In this document: one piece after another, positions 1-9,499 of the stretch | How the letters are laid out: every line of letters begins with the position of its first letter | Position numbering within the stretch: position 1 is the stretch's first letter | Origin: Methanobacteriota archaeon | Lineage (GTDB): Archaea; Thermoplasmatota; Thermoplasmata; SG8-5; JAGLSY01 | NCBI GenBank assembly: GCA_020697715.1 | Contig: JAEHCO010000004.1 | Span: forward strand, 32,001 to 96,000 | Length of the DNA stretch: 64,000 nucleotides | Direction of reading: 5' to 3' | Notes under the pieces: generated by a model | Seen by the model: the letters and a program-made list of their open reading frames with translations, nothing else | Database searches by the model: none | What the model was told of the DNA's origin: nothing | Position numbers and translations under genes: made by a program

Positions 1-2107
1 CGAATATCTCTCCTTTCAATTGCTTTAAACCAACTTCAGGAGGCAGGAAAACAACAGGCATGGGCTGTTCTTCTATCTCAAGAGTATCATCATGATATTT
101 CAAACGACATTCAGGACAGAATTCCTCCGGACGATTTGGGTCGCATTCGAATTTACAATCTTTGGGGACCATCAAATGTAGTGACATATCCTGCAATGAT
201 CTCAATGCGGTCCTTACAGCATCGGCATTGAAACCCATGATCATCACCCCTCCGATCTCGTCCTTTGCGACCAGGGTGGACATTAACTTGTCTCTGATGA
301 TCTCCGCCTCGGCAACACTTTCACTGATCTTGATAAAAGGAACTAAGTTGGGAGAGATCTCGATAGAACCGGGCTTAAGTCTCGATTGATTCCTTAGGAT
401 CTCTATCGCTTCCACCGCTTCCAATTCCGTTACCTCGGATTTCATCTTTTTTGCGGCCATGACCTTCGCCATTGCTTTCAATTTAGGTGGAAAGCAATCT
501 TCCTTGCTCAGGTCCTGACTGTAAACATCCAGGGCCATGTTCAATATGTCGGGAGTTGAGACACCACGCAGCATTTTCCTTGCCTTTATCATCTCCATGA
601 TGGTCTCTTTACGGCCTCTATCCAATTTATTCTCGAAACCTGCAGGATCTGAATCGAATTCTTTCTCATATTGTATGAATTTGGTATTGTATTCGAGATT
701 CTTCTCGGGTTCGGTGTCTATAACCAGGGTCATCTGACCTTCAAGTTCCTTTGGTACGGTAGCTTCATCATTGCTCAATGTCCCAATGATGGAGAACTTT
801 GTCGGGAAGGTCATTGACATGCCGTCTTTCTCAAGAGTATAGCTTCTGGTCTTCATGGTCTCGACCAGAATATCCACCACTTCCTCTGATAGTGTGTCGA
901 TATCCTTGATGAACAGTATACCTCTATTGACCTTGTGCAAATGACTTGGAGTTGCCAGGAATCTGACAAATATATCCCCAATAAGTTCATCGGCTGTTCC
1001 AAAGGATGAAAGAGATACTATTGGATAGGTCCTGAGTGTGGTATTGATCTCAGGAGGTTCTTCCTGATCCACATATTTCAATTTACAATGATGACAGAAA
1101 GCAGCTGGGTCATCCGGGTCACAGCCCGAATGGCATCCGGATACTGCCTTGAACTCGATAGCGAGTGTGTCCAAATATGTAAGGACATCCGATACCATAT
1201 TTCTATCCTCGGCTTTGAAAAGCATTCCAGTCATATTCGGATCGACAAGTGCCAATGTTACGAGCTCCAGAACTTTATCGAACTTCATGACATTATCGAT
1301 AGAGGTGGCAGATTCCAGAACATCTGAATGGTCGATCTTGAAATATTTACCATCACACAGGTCCGCGATCTCCTGGGCCATGTCCGACCCTTTGATATTG
1401 ACATCTATGACCAGAACAGGAATATTGTGTTTCTGGATATTAGCCGCTGTCTCCCTTATCTCATTGTCAACATTCACACCAGGAACGAGAGGGGTATTAG
1501 CAGATCCATCGGTTACGATCAAAAGAAGGGAATTTGTATCCTTCTCCACCCTGGTCTTTGTCAAAAGATTCTCCATCCCCCTGCGCATTCCTGCCGCGAG
1601 AGGGGTCGTACCACCGAATTGGAGCTGTTCAATGAATTGATTGCCCTTCTCAACACTGGATGTGAAAGGAAGGACCACTTCTGCTGAACGACCATAGCAG
1701 ACCACCAGAGAAATTCTATCTCGCTTCTGATATATGTCCAGCATAAGGCCATTGAGGGAATCCTTGATACCACGCATCTTCGCATCCATCACCATGGAGC
1801 TGGATGTGTCGAGGACCAAACAGATGAGAGTGGATATCTTCCGTCTCCTCACCTTTTCCTTGTAATCCGACTTCTTAACATGGACCTTTCCCCCCCGGGA
1901 ATTTATTATAGCGGATGTTATAGTGGGCAATAAAGCCAGATCACTGGCATCCCCGGATTTGGGAGTTCGATAACGAATATATTTACCCTGCTTACCAACG
2001 GTGATGATCTCGGTTCGACGTCCAGACCTGACCGTGCCTGTGACTATACGCCTATTCTTCTTTCTCAGAAGATCATCCATCGCCTTCTTCAGTTCCTTCG
2101 ATGCCAC
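1..2107 (-). CDS. Mg/Co-chelatase-like protein, N-terminal vWA domain followed by two degenerate ChlI-like AAA modules (runs off the left edge)
   Basis: Not in the ORF track because there is no stop in the window. Hand translation from GTG 2107 is open to base 2: MIDAS LVLDTSSSM, GGTTPLAAG, IVTDGSAN, then CHSGCDPDDPAAFCHHC and NRGILFIKDID, then a second CKFECDPNRPEEFCPEC. Confidence 0.75.
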   Translation of the reverse strand, partial: MASKELKKAMDDLLRKKNRRIVTGTVRSGRRTEIITVGKQGKYIRYRTPKSGDASDLALLPTITSAIINSRGGKVHVKKSDYKEKVRRRKISTLICLVLDTSSSMVMDAKMRGIKDSLNGLMLDIYQKRDRISLVVCYGRSAEVVLPFTSSVEKGNQFIEQLQFGGTTPLAAGMRRGMENLLTKTRVEKDTNSLLLIVTDGSANTPLVPGVNVDNEIRETAANIQKHNIPVLVIDVNIKGSDMAQEIADLCDGKYFKIDHSDVLESATSIDNVMKFDKVLELVTLALVDPNMTGMLFKAEDRNMVSDVLTYLDTLAIEFKAVSGCHSGCDPDDPAAFCHHCKLKYVDQEEPPEINTTLRTYPIVSLSSFGTADELIGDIFVRFLATPSHLHKVNRGILFIKDIDTLSEEVVDILVETMKTRSYTLEKDGMSMTFPTKFSIIGTLSNDEATVPKELEGQMTLVIDTEPEKNLEYNTKFIQYEKEFDSDPAGFENKLDRGRKETIMEMIKARKMLRGVSTPDILNMALDVYSQDLSKEDCFPPKLKAMAKVMAAKKMKSEVTELEAVEAIEILRNQSRLKPGSIEISPNLVPFIKISESVAEAEIIRDKLMSTLVAKDEIGGVMIMGFNADAVRTALRSLQDMSLHLMVPKDCKFECDPNRPEEFCPECRLKYHDDTLEIEEQPMPVVFLPPEVGLKQLKGEIF

Positions 2108-2393
2108 TTTAAAAACACCTGTATATATGCATATATTCCCATTTATTTTGCAGACTTTGTCTGCAACGATATAGGGTTCCTCGCCCAAGTACAAAATGCT
2201 CCTATACATATTAAAACATTTGCTATGAGAGATACAGGCGTGCGACCAGAAATATAAATTAATATTTAAATATTAATTATTTTAAAATATTAATTATATT
2301 ATATGATTATTTTAAATTTATATTTATAATTATATCTGCATAATACAATGGACAATAATAGCACGATATAATTATCAAATAATAAATATATAA

Positions 2394-2984
2394 TTATAAT
2401 TTATTAATATCCAGTTGATTAAGGAAAATGGTTATACAATGATTAGCATGGAGTTTATTCGGACCCAATGATATTGGAAGAGGATCATGATCTTTGACCA
2501 TATTTTCTTCATCTTCGGTGAGATCATACTGCCCACCCAGAACCACCACAAGGTCATCATCTATATCCGAATTTTGAATAGATGTTCCGGTTTCCATGAG
2601 GTGGACGAACTTGCGACCCCTAAAACTTTCAAGCACTTCCTTTAACCCTCTGCGAGACACATAAACACCAGGTGATGTGTTCATCTCCTCATCATCACCT
2701 ATTGTCTGCATGAGCGCATTCTTCACAAGGGCGGCAGTACTCCTCTCATCCGGATTGAGATATTTTATCTTGGAACCATCGAACCTTATGGTCTTGGGAG
2801 CATCAGACTCGCCAAGAAGGACCAGGTGTATCTCCACATCTCTGCGAATATCATTGGATAGAAAGAAAGTGGAGTTCACACATCGGAGTAAAATATCAAG
2901 TCTACCAGTTGAACCTGCCAGATCATTGAGTGTGAAAAGTCCATCTGTATTCACTCTGTGGCCGACAACTACGAACACAGGCAT
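2394..2984 (-). CDS. trmY: tRNA (pseudouridine54-N1)-methyltransferase, SPOUT family
   Basis: FTLNDLAGSTGRLDILLRC, YLNPDERSTAAL, ISLGPNKLHANHCI; start placed at MPVFVVVGH. Confidence 0.9.
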   Translation of the reverse strand: MPVFVVVGHRVNTDGLFTLNDLAGSTGRLDILLRCVNSTFFLSNDIRRDVEIHLVLLGESDAPKTIRFDGSKIKYLNPDERSTAALVKNALMQTIGDDEEMNTSPGVYVSRRGLKEVLESFRGRKFVHLMETGTSIQNSDIDDDLVVVLGGQYDLTEDEENMVKDHDPLPISLGPNKLHANHCITIFLNQLDINKL

Positions 2985-2988
2985 TATA

Positions 2989-4332
2989 TCACATTCCAAA
3001 CTGAGACATATCTCCAGATTTCATCTGTTTCTGGAGCTGTTTTCTCATCTTTCGATTTCCCATGATACCTTTCATCTGCTTTCTGGACATATTGTAATGA
3101 GATAGAAGTTCCCTTACATCCTTCGTGGTCATGCCACATCCCATTGCGATCCTCTTCACCCGGGATGCTTTGATTATCTTGGGGTCAGTAAGCTCTTCCT
3201 CGGTCATGGAGCTCATTATGATCTTGAACTTACTCAATTTATCCTGGGTCTTTTCCAGATCGTCATCGGACATCTGACCTGTAGCACCAGGAAGCATGCC
3301 CATTATCTTCTTCAAAGGACCCATATTGGCCAGCATCTCCATCTGGTCACGCATCTCTATGAGCGTGAACTTACCGCTCATTATCTTATTCATGGTCTCC
3401 TCGGCCATGTCCTCATCTATGGCGCCCTGTGCGGTCTCAAGGAGGGATTCGATATCTCCCATTCCCAAAAGGCGTGATATGAACCTATTGGGTACGAAGG
3501 ATTCTATATCTTCAATATGCTCGCCAGTTCCAATGAACACGATGGGAGCCTCTGTTTCAGATACTGCGGAGATGGCACCTCCACCCTTGGCACTACCATC
3601 CAATTTTGTAATGATCACACTGGTGACATCAACAGCATCATGAAAGGCCTTGGCCTGTGGGCCAGCTTGCTGACCGATGGTGGCATCCATCACCAGGATC
3701 TTCTCTGTTGGCTTGGCCACTTTGGATATGGCCATGACCTCATTGATCAGGTCCTTCTCCAGGCTATGGCGCCCGGCGGTATCTATTATTATAATGTCAT
3801 AAGTATTAAAATGATCCAGTCCATTCTTGACCAGTTTGGGAGCTTTCTTCTGACCAGGCTCTCCATATACAGGAACATCAATAAGTTCCCCAATCTGACT
3901 CAATTGATCATGAGCCGCGGGTCTGTGTATGTCAGCCGCTATAAGTCCAACTTTTCGGCCCTTCTTCTTGAAATGCCTGGCAAGCTTTCCACAAGTGGTG
4001 GTCTTACCATTTCCGTACAAGCCGACCATCATGATGATCTGCTTCTTGGTATCCAGTTCCTTCTTCTCACCCAATATACCGACCAGTTCATCATAGATGA
4101 TCTGAATGACATGGGCCTTGGAGCTCATTCCAGGCTTTGGCTTCTCTGTAAGGGCTCTCTTCTCGATCTCCTTGGTCAGCTGGAGAGTCAGTTTTACATT
4201 GACATCAGCCTGTAAAAGCGCGCGCTGGATCTCCTTGACCAGGTCTTTGATGACCTTCTGATCGATATTCGGAGAATTCGCAACTTTCTTCAGAGCATCA
4301 CGTAGTGATGAGCCTAATTTATCCAATACCAT
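2989..4332 (-). CDS. srp54: Signal recognition particle protein SRP54
   Basis: ALLQADVN, GLYGNGKTTT, DTAGRH, TKLDGSAKGGG, RLLGMGD, Met-rich M domain. Confidence 0.97.
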   Translation of the reverse strand: MVLDKLGSSLRDALKKVANSPNIDQKVIKDLVKEIQRALLQADVNVKLTLQLTKEIEKRALTEKPKPGMSSKAHVIQIIYDELVGILGEKKELDTKKQIIMMVGLYGNGKTTTCGKLARHFKKKGRKVGLIAADIHRPAAHDQLSQIGELIDVPVYGEPGQKKAPKLVKNGLDHFNTYDIIIIDTAGRHSLEKDLINEVMAISKVAKPTEKILVMDATIGQQAGPQAKAFHDAVDVTSVIITKLDGSAKGGGAISAVSETEAPIVFIGTGEHIEDIESFVPNRFISRLLGMGDIESLLETAQGAIDEDMAEETMNKIMSGKFTLIEMRDQMEMLANMGPLKKIMGMLPGATGQMSDDDLEKTQDKLSKFKIIMSSMTEEELTDPKIIKASRVKRIAMGCGMTTKDVRELLSHYNMSRKQMKGIMGNRKMRKQLQKQMKSGDMSQFGM

Positions 4333-4437
4333 TGTGGCTGTTTAATGAGAGGGGGGATATAAGGGTTTTGTAGGCACGGGTGCATGATGCGAGTATGATG
4401 CGTAATAGATTTTCCATGTAGGTATCAGACATCAATT

Positions 4438-5112
4438 CTATTTGTCCTGGATCCACTTCATCATCTTGAAGGCACAGACTGCGGCACCGAACCCATTATC
4501 AATATTCACAACAGATATACCTGGCGCACAGGAATTGAGCATTGACAAAAGCGCGGCAATGCCCTCATAACTTGTGCCATAGCCAACAGATGTCGGCACG
4601 GCGATCAGAGGCTGTTTGACTCTGCCAGCTATAACTGAAGGCAAGGCACCTTCCATGCCTGCGACCACGATGATCGCATCAACCTTATTCTCGTCGATCA
4701 CCTTGAGGGCTTCATCAACTCTGTGAAAACCCGCAACCCCACAGTCATAGAAGCGATATACTTCCAGACCCAGGTATTCAGCCGAGATGCTGGCTTCCTC
4801 AGCGACAAAATAATCAGAAGAGCCCGCACTGAGCACGGCGATGGAGCCGATGACATCTGGCTTTTTGACATCCTTATCAGATATTATCATGATGCCAGAT
4901 AGATTGTCGGTCTTCTCCACGCGCATATCGAAATTATCAAGGAGAAGGGACAATTGTTCCTCACTGGCCTTAGTTACAAGAACTCTTTTACCTGGAAGAA
5001 GACCATTTATCACCTTCAGCAATGAGCTATCATCCTTAAAACGAGCCAGCACCACCTCTGGAATATTTGTCTTGTGACTTCTATGTGGGTCTACATTGTG
5101 ATTGTTATTCAT
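4438..5112 (-). CDS. larB: Nickel-pincer cofactor biosynthesis protein LarB (PurE-like)
   Basis: SAGSSD, DCGVAGFHR, AGMEGALPSV, VPTSVGYG, LNSCAPGISVVNIDNGFGAA. Confidence 0.9.
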   Translation of the reverse strand: MNNNHNVDPHRSHKTNIPEVVLARFKDDSSLLKVINGLLPGKRVLVTKASEEQLSLLLDNFDMRVEKTDNLSGIMIISDKDVKKPDVIGSIAVLSAGSSDYFVAEEASISAEYLGLEVYRFYDCGVAGFHRVDEALKVIDENKVDAIIVVAGMEGALPSVIAGRVKQPLIAVPTSVGYGTSYEGIAALLSMLNSCAPGISVVNIDNGFGAAVCAFKMMKWIQDK

Positions 5113-5956
5113 CGAAGTTTCCCGTCCTATATCCTTCAAGGTCCAGCGTGATATGCCTGAAACCAAGAGCCTTGAATTCAGGAATTGATCCTTTCAATTT
5201 AATGATATCGATTTCCTCTTCCCTTCCCAACTCGATCCTGGCCATGCCATCATGAACCCTCACCCGGACATCCCTATATCCCATATCACGTAGGACAAGC
5301 TCTGCCTTCTCCACCCTGGCAAGTCCCACGATAGTGAGCTCGGTATTATAGGGAAATCTGGTCGCCAAGCATGCCATGGCAGGGTGATCCCATGTCCTAA
5401 GACCCAGATATCTTGAGATCTTACGAATATCGGTTTTGCCCATACCAGCATCCAAGAAGGGACTAATCACACCTTTCTCCTCGATCGCCCTCCTACCCGG
5501 GCGATACTCGCCCAGATCATCAGTATTGGAGCCCTCGAAGATGATATCGATGCCTTCCTCCTTTCCAATATCAATAAGGGCATCCAATAGGCTAGATTTA
5601 CAATGATAGCATCTTTCTGGATGATTATTTCGAATGGGGTCTTTATCAAGGGCATCGAACTCCACGATCCTGTGTTCCAGCTGGTTCTCCTTGGCAAGGT
5701 CAATAGCACGATCCATTTCACCATGTGATATAAGAAAAGAATTGAAGGTGATGCACAAACATCGATCCAGAAGTCTTGTGGAAAGGTGGGAAAGAAGTGC
5801 GGAGTCAGTACCTCCAGAATAGGCAATGATCGCCTTCTTATGGCTGGCTATCGCTTCACAGAGTAAGGCGAACCTTTTCGCCAGGTTCGCATCATCTATT
5901 TTTATATCTGCCAGTTCTTTTGAAAAACGCAGTTCCGCTTGCCCGGACATCATCAT
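5105..5956 (-). CDS. larE: ATP-dependent sulfur transferase LarE (PP-loop)
   Basis: AYSGGTDS PP-loop, RCYHCK, YRPGRRA, ACLATRFPY, TLDLEGYRTG; start uncertain (ORF extends to 6001). Confidence 0.88.
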   Translation of the reverse strand: MMMSGQAELRFSKELADIKIDDANLAKRFALLCEAIASHKKAIIAYSGGTDSALLSHLSTRLLDRCLCITFNSFLISHGEMDRAIDLAKENQLEHRIVEFDALDKDPIRNNHPERCYHCKSSLLDALIDIGKEEGIDIIFEGSNTDDLGEYRPGRRAIEEKGVISPFLDAGMGKTDIRKISRYLGLRTWDHPAMACLATRFPYNTELTIVGLARVEKAELVLRDMGYRDVRVRVHDGMARIELGREEEIDIIKLKGSIPEFKALGFRHITLDLEGYRTGNFDE

Positions 5957-6033
5957 TTCATAAAGGTGCATGACCCTACTTAATATTATTGAAGGGAGCA
6001 CAAATTTATAGGAATATGGCTTGATGCCCCCTC

Positions 6034-6771
6034 ATGTACTTTATCGACTCGAGTATGGGTGTTGCGGGCGATATGCTCCTGAGTTCCTTCATAGACCTTG
6101 ATATTCTTGATAGGGAGAAGGTACGCAGGGTTCTTGAAACTGCGGGCAATGTGATGGGGCCAACCAGTGTGAATATAAGAAAGATAGATGAGCCATTAAA
6201 AGCAACTGGCCTGGATATCACCCATGGTGAATTCTCTCATATTTCAGGCAGGGAGATGCAAGAACATATCATGAAGGGCGCGGACATCATCGGACTCAGG
6301 CGTGGGAAGGATTTTGCCAGGAAAGTACTGGACACCATATTGGTAGCCGAGACCAAAGTTCACGAATGCTCGATGGATGATATCCATTTACATGAAACAG
6401 GGAGTCCAGACACCCTGGTGGACATACTGGGCATAGCTTATTTCTATGAGAAATTAAAATTATACGATGAGAAGATCTGTGGAACTCCCGTATCAGTAGG
6501 CGAAGGAAAGATCAAGATAGCGCATGGAACTGTGGATGTGCCAGCTCCAGCAACTGCCGAGATACTGCAGACCATGGATTTCAAGCCAGGGCCATATGAG
6601 GGTGAAATGGCGACGCCTACTGGGGTCGCAATTTTAAGCGGGCTTTTACAGATACAAATGGATATGCCTGACGAGATCCCACACAAAACAGGCACAGGAG
6701 TCGGCACGAAGGTATTTGGAGGTTCACCCGGAGCCCTGAAAGTGCATGTCATGGATGACGATCATGATTGA
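6034..6771 (+). CDS. larC: Nickel insertase LarC, N-terminal portion only
   Basis: GVAGDMLL, HLHETGSPDTLVDILG, AHGTVDVPAPATAEIL, GEMATPTG; only 245 aa. Confidence 0.8.
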   Translation: MYFIDSSMGVAGDMLLSSFIDLDILDREKVRRVLETAGNVMGPTSVNIRKIDEPLKATGLDITHGEFSHISGREMQEHIMKGADIIGLRRGKDFARKVLDTILVAETKVHECSMDDIHLHETGSPDTLVDILGIAYFYEKLKLYDEKICGTPVSVGEGKIKIAHGTVDVPAPATAEILQTMDFKPGPYEGEMATPTGVAILSGLLQIQMDMPDEIPHKTGTGVGTKVFGGSPGALKVHVMDDDHD

Positions 6772-6951
6772 GGATGATCGATGATTATGGACATTGAAAT
6801 AAATTATATTACACATAATTAATAATATTTAAAATATAATTTTAAATAAATATATTATAATATAAAATAAATGAATTATAATAATACATTAATATTGCAA
6901 GATATATATTTATAAATATATTAAATAACAATTATTTAATTACAGACATAA

Positions 6952-8016
6952 TTATTTTTTCTTGCCTTTTTTGATCATGACCTTGGCAGCCGTTTTAAAA
7001 GTATCCAGATCACCATCAACAAGCTCAAAAAGACCCGACACATCATAACCAGCCGCATACCAGTCCTTGATCTTTTTCACAAGGACTTCTTTCTTTTTAT
7101 CAGAGTCTATTTTTTTCTTTTTTGATGGTTGAGGCGCCTGATCTTCATCCTGTTCTACAACCTCATTTTCAGGTACTATTATCTCCAATTCCTTGAACTC
7201 ATCGCCGAGCATTTCGACAGTTCCGGCAATGTCATCAACGCCCTCCGAATCAGATTCCAAAATGGACGCCATCTGCTTCCTCATATCCTCCGGAAGTGCT
7301 GCGAAATCCTCATCCTCGGCAAGCTCATCAAGATATGCATTTGCGATATCACCCAATGTCTGATTCACCGCAGACATATCGATCTGCTCCATAGGCTTGC
7401 CACACACCTTACAATTGGCAGATTCGGCCTCGGTCACCGAATCACATGAAGGACATATCACAGTTTCTTCTTCTTTTTCACCCCTCATACTACTTACGAT
7501 GATCTTATTTGCGACCATCCTGGAGTAATTGGCACCGTGTTGGTCCCCATGAAAGGCCTTTTCCACGAATTCCTCGAGGCTCGTGATGCCGGATCTATAA
7601 AGATAAAGAGCCTTGCGCTTGGACACGCCAGGGATCATGGTGAGCTCTTCCAATCTCTTACGAGTCATTGGATCATCCAGATCGATAATTTCATAAATAT
7701 CGGTCTGAGCCTTGGGAGAAGATACAGATATTTCTTGCGTCTCGACATCAACAGAAAGCTTTGTCCAGCATGTCGTACATTTTTCAGAATTTGAAGGATT
7801 AAGGGTTCCACATATGGGGCATTTGATAGGTGTATCCGCCTGTTCATTTGGTTTGCCTGCATCGCCGTCTGCCTTCGCCCCTTCAGGTTCAGGCACCTTG
7901 GAGACCACCTGGATCACCTCTTCACCATCGGTCATCTCGGATATTGGTGCGGGATCCTTAACTGATTTCTCAGTACCTTCATCCTTTATTGGTATTTCAT
8001 CTGTCACGCACCCCAT
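6952..8016 (-). CDS. Zinc-ribbon plus helix-hairpin-helix protein of unknown function
   Basis: CPICG..CTTC, LTMIPGVSKRKA (HhH-like), CPSCD..CKVCG, acidic linkers. Confidence 0.65.
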   Translation of the reverse strand: MGCVTDEIPIKDEGTEKSVKDPAPISEMTDGEEVIQVVSKVPEPEGAKADGDAGKPNEQADTPIKCPICGTLNPSNSEKCTTCWTKLSVDVETQEISVSSPKAQTDIYEIIDLDDPMTRKRLEELTMIPGVSKRKALYLYRSGITSLEEFVEKAFHGDQHGANYSRMVANKIIVSSMRGEKEEETVICPSCDSVTEAESANCKVCGKPMEQIDMSAVNQTLGDIANAYLDELAEDEDFAALPEDMRKQMASILESDSEGVDDIAGTVEMLGDEFKELEIIVPENEVVEQDEDQAPQPSKKKKIDSDKKKEVLVKKIKDWYAAGYDVSGLFELVDGDLDTFKTAAKVMIKKGKKK

Positions 8017-8516
8017 ATTCCGGGGAAAATAGATAAACATTGTGTTTTTTATTAATTTGCATATAATTCATTATTTATAAACTAAATTACGTTATAAAGG
8101 CAACAATTAATCCAATATGCTTAATTTAATAATATATAATTACGGCAATAAAAATAAAACAATCAAGTTAAGCATAATACTTAATTAAACACCATAAACA
8201 ATTAAATCAGATAATTAATTAAGACTTAGCATTTGATTCAAGAGAAATTATGATAATTGTCCTCGAAAATAGGTGTTTTTGTGCCTAAGTTTGTACAAAA
8301 CATACAATTTCAACGATGGAGTGTACCCTTCACCTAGGAAAAACATAGTTTCATGCTGTTTTTATTATTTCGAGATAATATATATAGATCTTGAAAGGTC
8401 GAGCGATCGGATCATTATTATTAGATCAGATTAGAGTTTTTCAAAATTAATTTGGGAAAATGGCAAATGACATGAAAATTTGCCATCACCAAAAGATTTA
8501 TAAGCAGAATTATAAA

Positions 8517-8584
8517 ATGTCGTAAAAGATAGATTATACGACGTCAAATTTATATATTAGAGGAAGGAACGTCGTAAAATCTAT
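8517..8584. promoter_or_regulatory. dif-like tyrosine-recombinase site (11-6-11) plus an inverted third arm
   Basis: ATGTCGTAAAA-GATAGA-TTATACGACGT (8517-8544, arms 9/11 inverted); 8569-8584 is a 15/16 inverted copy of 8529-8544; about 200 bp upstream of the recombinase. Confidence 0.6.
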
Positions 8585-8743
8585 TAAGTATTTTCAAGAG
8601 CGTGTTTAACTGCGTTAATGTCGCTTTTTCTATTATGAGAGTTACACAAATAATTGGTAACTCTATTAAATCCAACTCAAGCCGATATGTGCATCAAAGC
8701 TTGAGAATGATTTAATAAAGACGATAATTATAAAAAGCATCAA

Positions 8744-9361
8744 ATGAATATAGGGTTGGGATGCGATATCCCAAAGGATGGGACAAATATGGCGAAGACA
8801 TTGCCAAAATATCTAAAAGAGCGCGAGATACAGAAATTACTAAATGCACCGGATCGGAACAATATAAGAGATAGATTGATCCTTCGAATCCTTTACAGGT
8901 GTGGATTAAGAGTTTCAGAGCTTGCTAACCTGAGAATAGAGAATATCATGTTCAATGATAATGACCTGATAGTCAGGCAGGGAAAGGGCGGCAAGGATCG
9001 GATAGTGCCTGTCGACCATTATACACTAGATATGGTGGAGCATTTCATAAGTAATGAGAGAACTGGCGACCATTTATCAGAGACTGGCTTTCTTTTTCAA
9101 TCAGCAGTCAGTGAGAAGATCTCCACACGCCAGATAGAACGTCTTGTGGCCGAGTATGGCAAGAGAGCGGGGATAACCCAGCATGTCCACCCCCATATGC
9201 TGAGGCATTCTTTCGCAGTACATTGTCTAAAGGCTGGTATGAACTTAAGGACCGTGCAGAAGATGCTTGGACATTCGTCCCTGACCACCACACAGATATA
9301 TCTCGACATAACAGGAGATGACATCAAAGAAGACTACTTCGATCATCCACTACCTGCTTGA
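8744..9361 (+). CDS. Xer-family tyrosine recombinase, catalytic domain only
   Basis: CGLRVSEL, GKGGKDR, HPHMLRHSFA, QKMLGHSSLTTTQIY; probable start MAKTLPK at 8789. Confidence 0.9.
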   Translation: MNIGLGCDIPKDGTNMAKTLPKYLKEREIQKLLNAPDRNNIRDRLILRILYRCGLRVSELANLRIENIMFNDNDLIVRQGKGGKDRIVPVDHYTLDMVEHFISNERTGDHLSETGFLFQSAVSEKISTRQIERLVAEYGKRAGITQHVHPHMLRHSFAVHCLKAGMNLRTVQKMLGHSSLTTTQIYLDITGDDIKEDYFDHPLPA

Positions 9362-9499
9362 TAAATTATTGTGCTTTAATAAATAACCGAGTAAGCATAT
9401 CATAATTATTAATTAAGCACAATGCTTAACAATACTGCCGATGTCAAAATTTGAAACATTATTTAATCAATGTGTGATTTACCAACCAGTGTTGATAAT

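Noticed and set aside
162-1785. Several short ORFs in the track at the left end
   Set aside because: They are shadows of the long minus-strand vWA-AAA frame that runs off the window.
6772-6800. Frameshifted continuation (larC2) after larC
   Set aside because: All frames hit stops in AT-rich sequence within a few codons.
8744-9361. Provirus or integrated element defined by the integrase
   Set aside because: It is flanked by ordinary chromosomal genes, with no tRNA target, viral or replication genes, or long att duplication.
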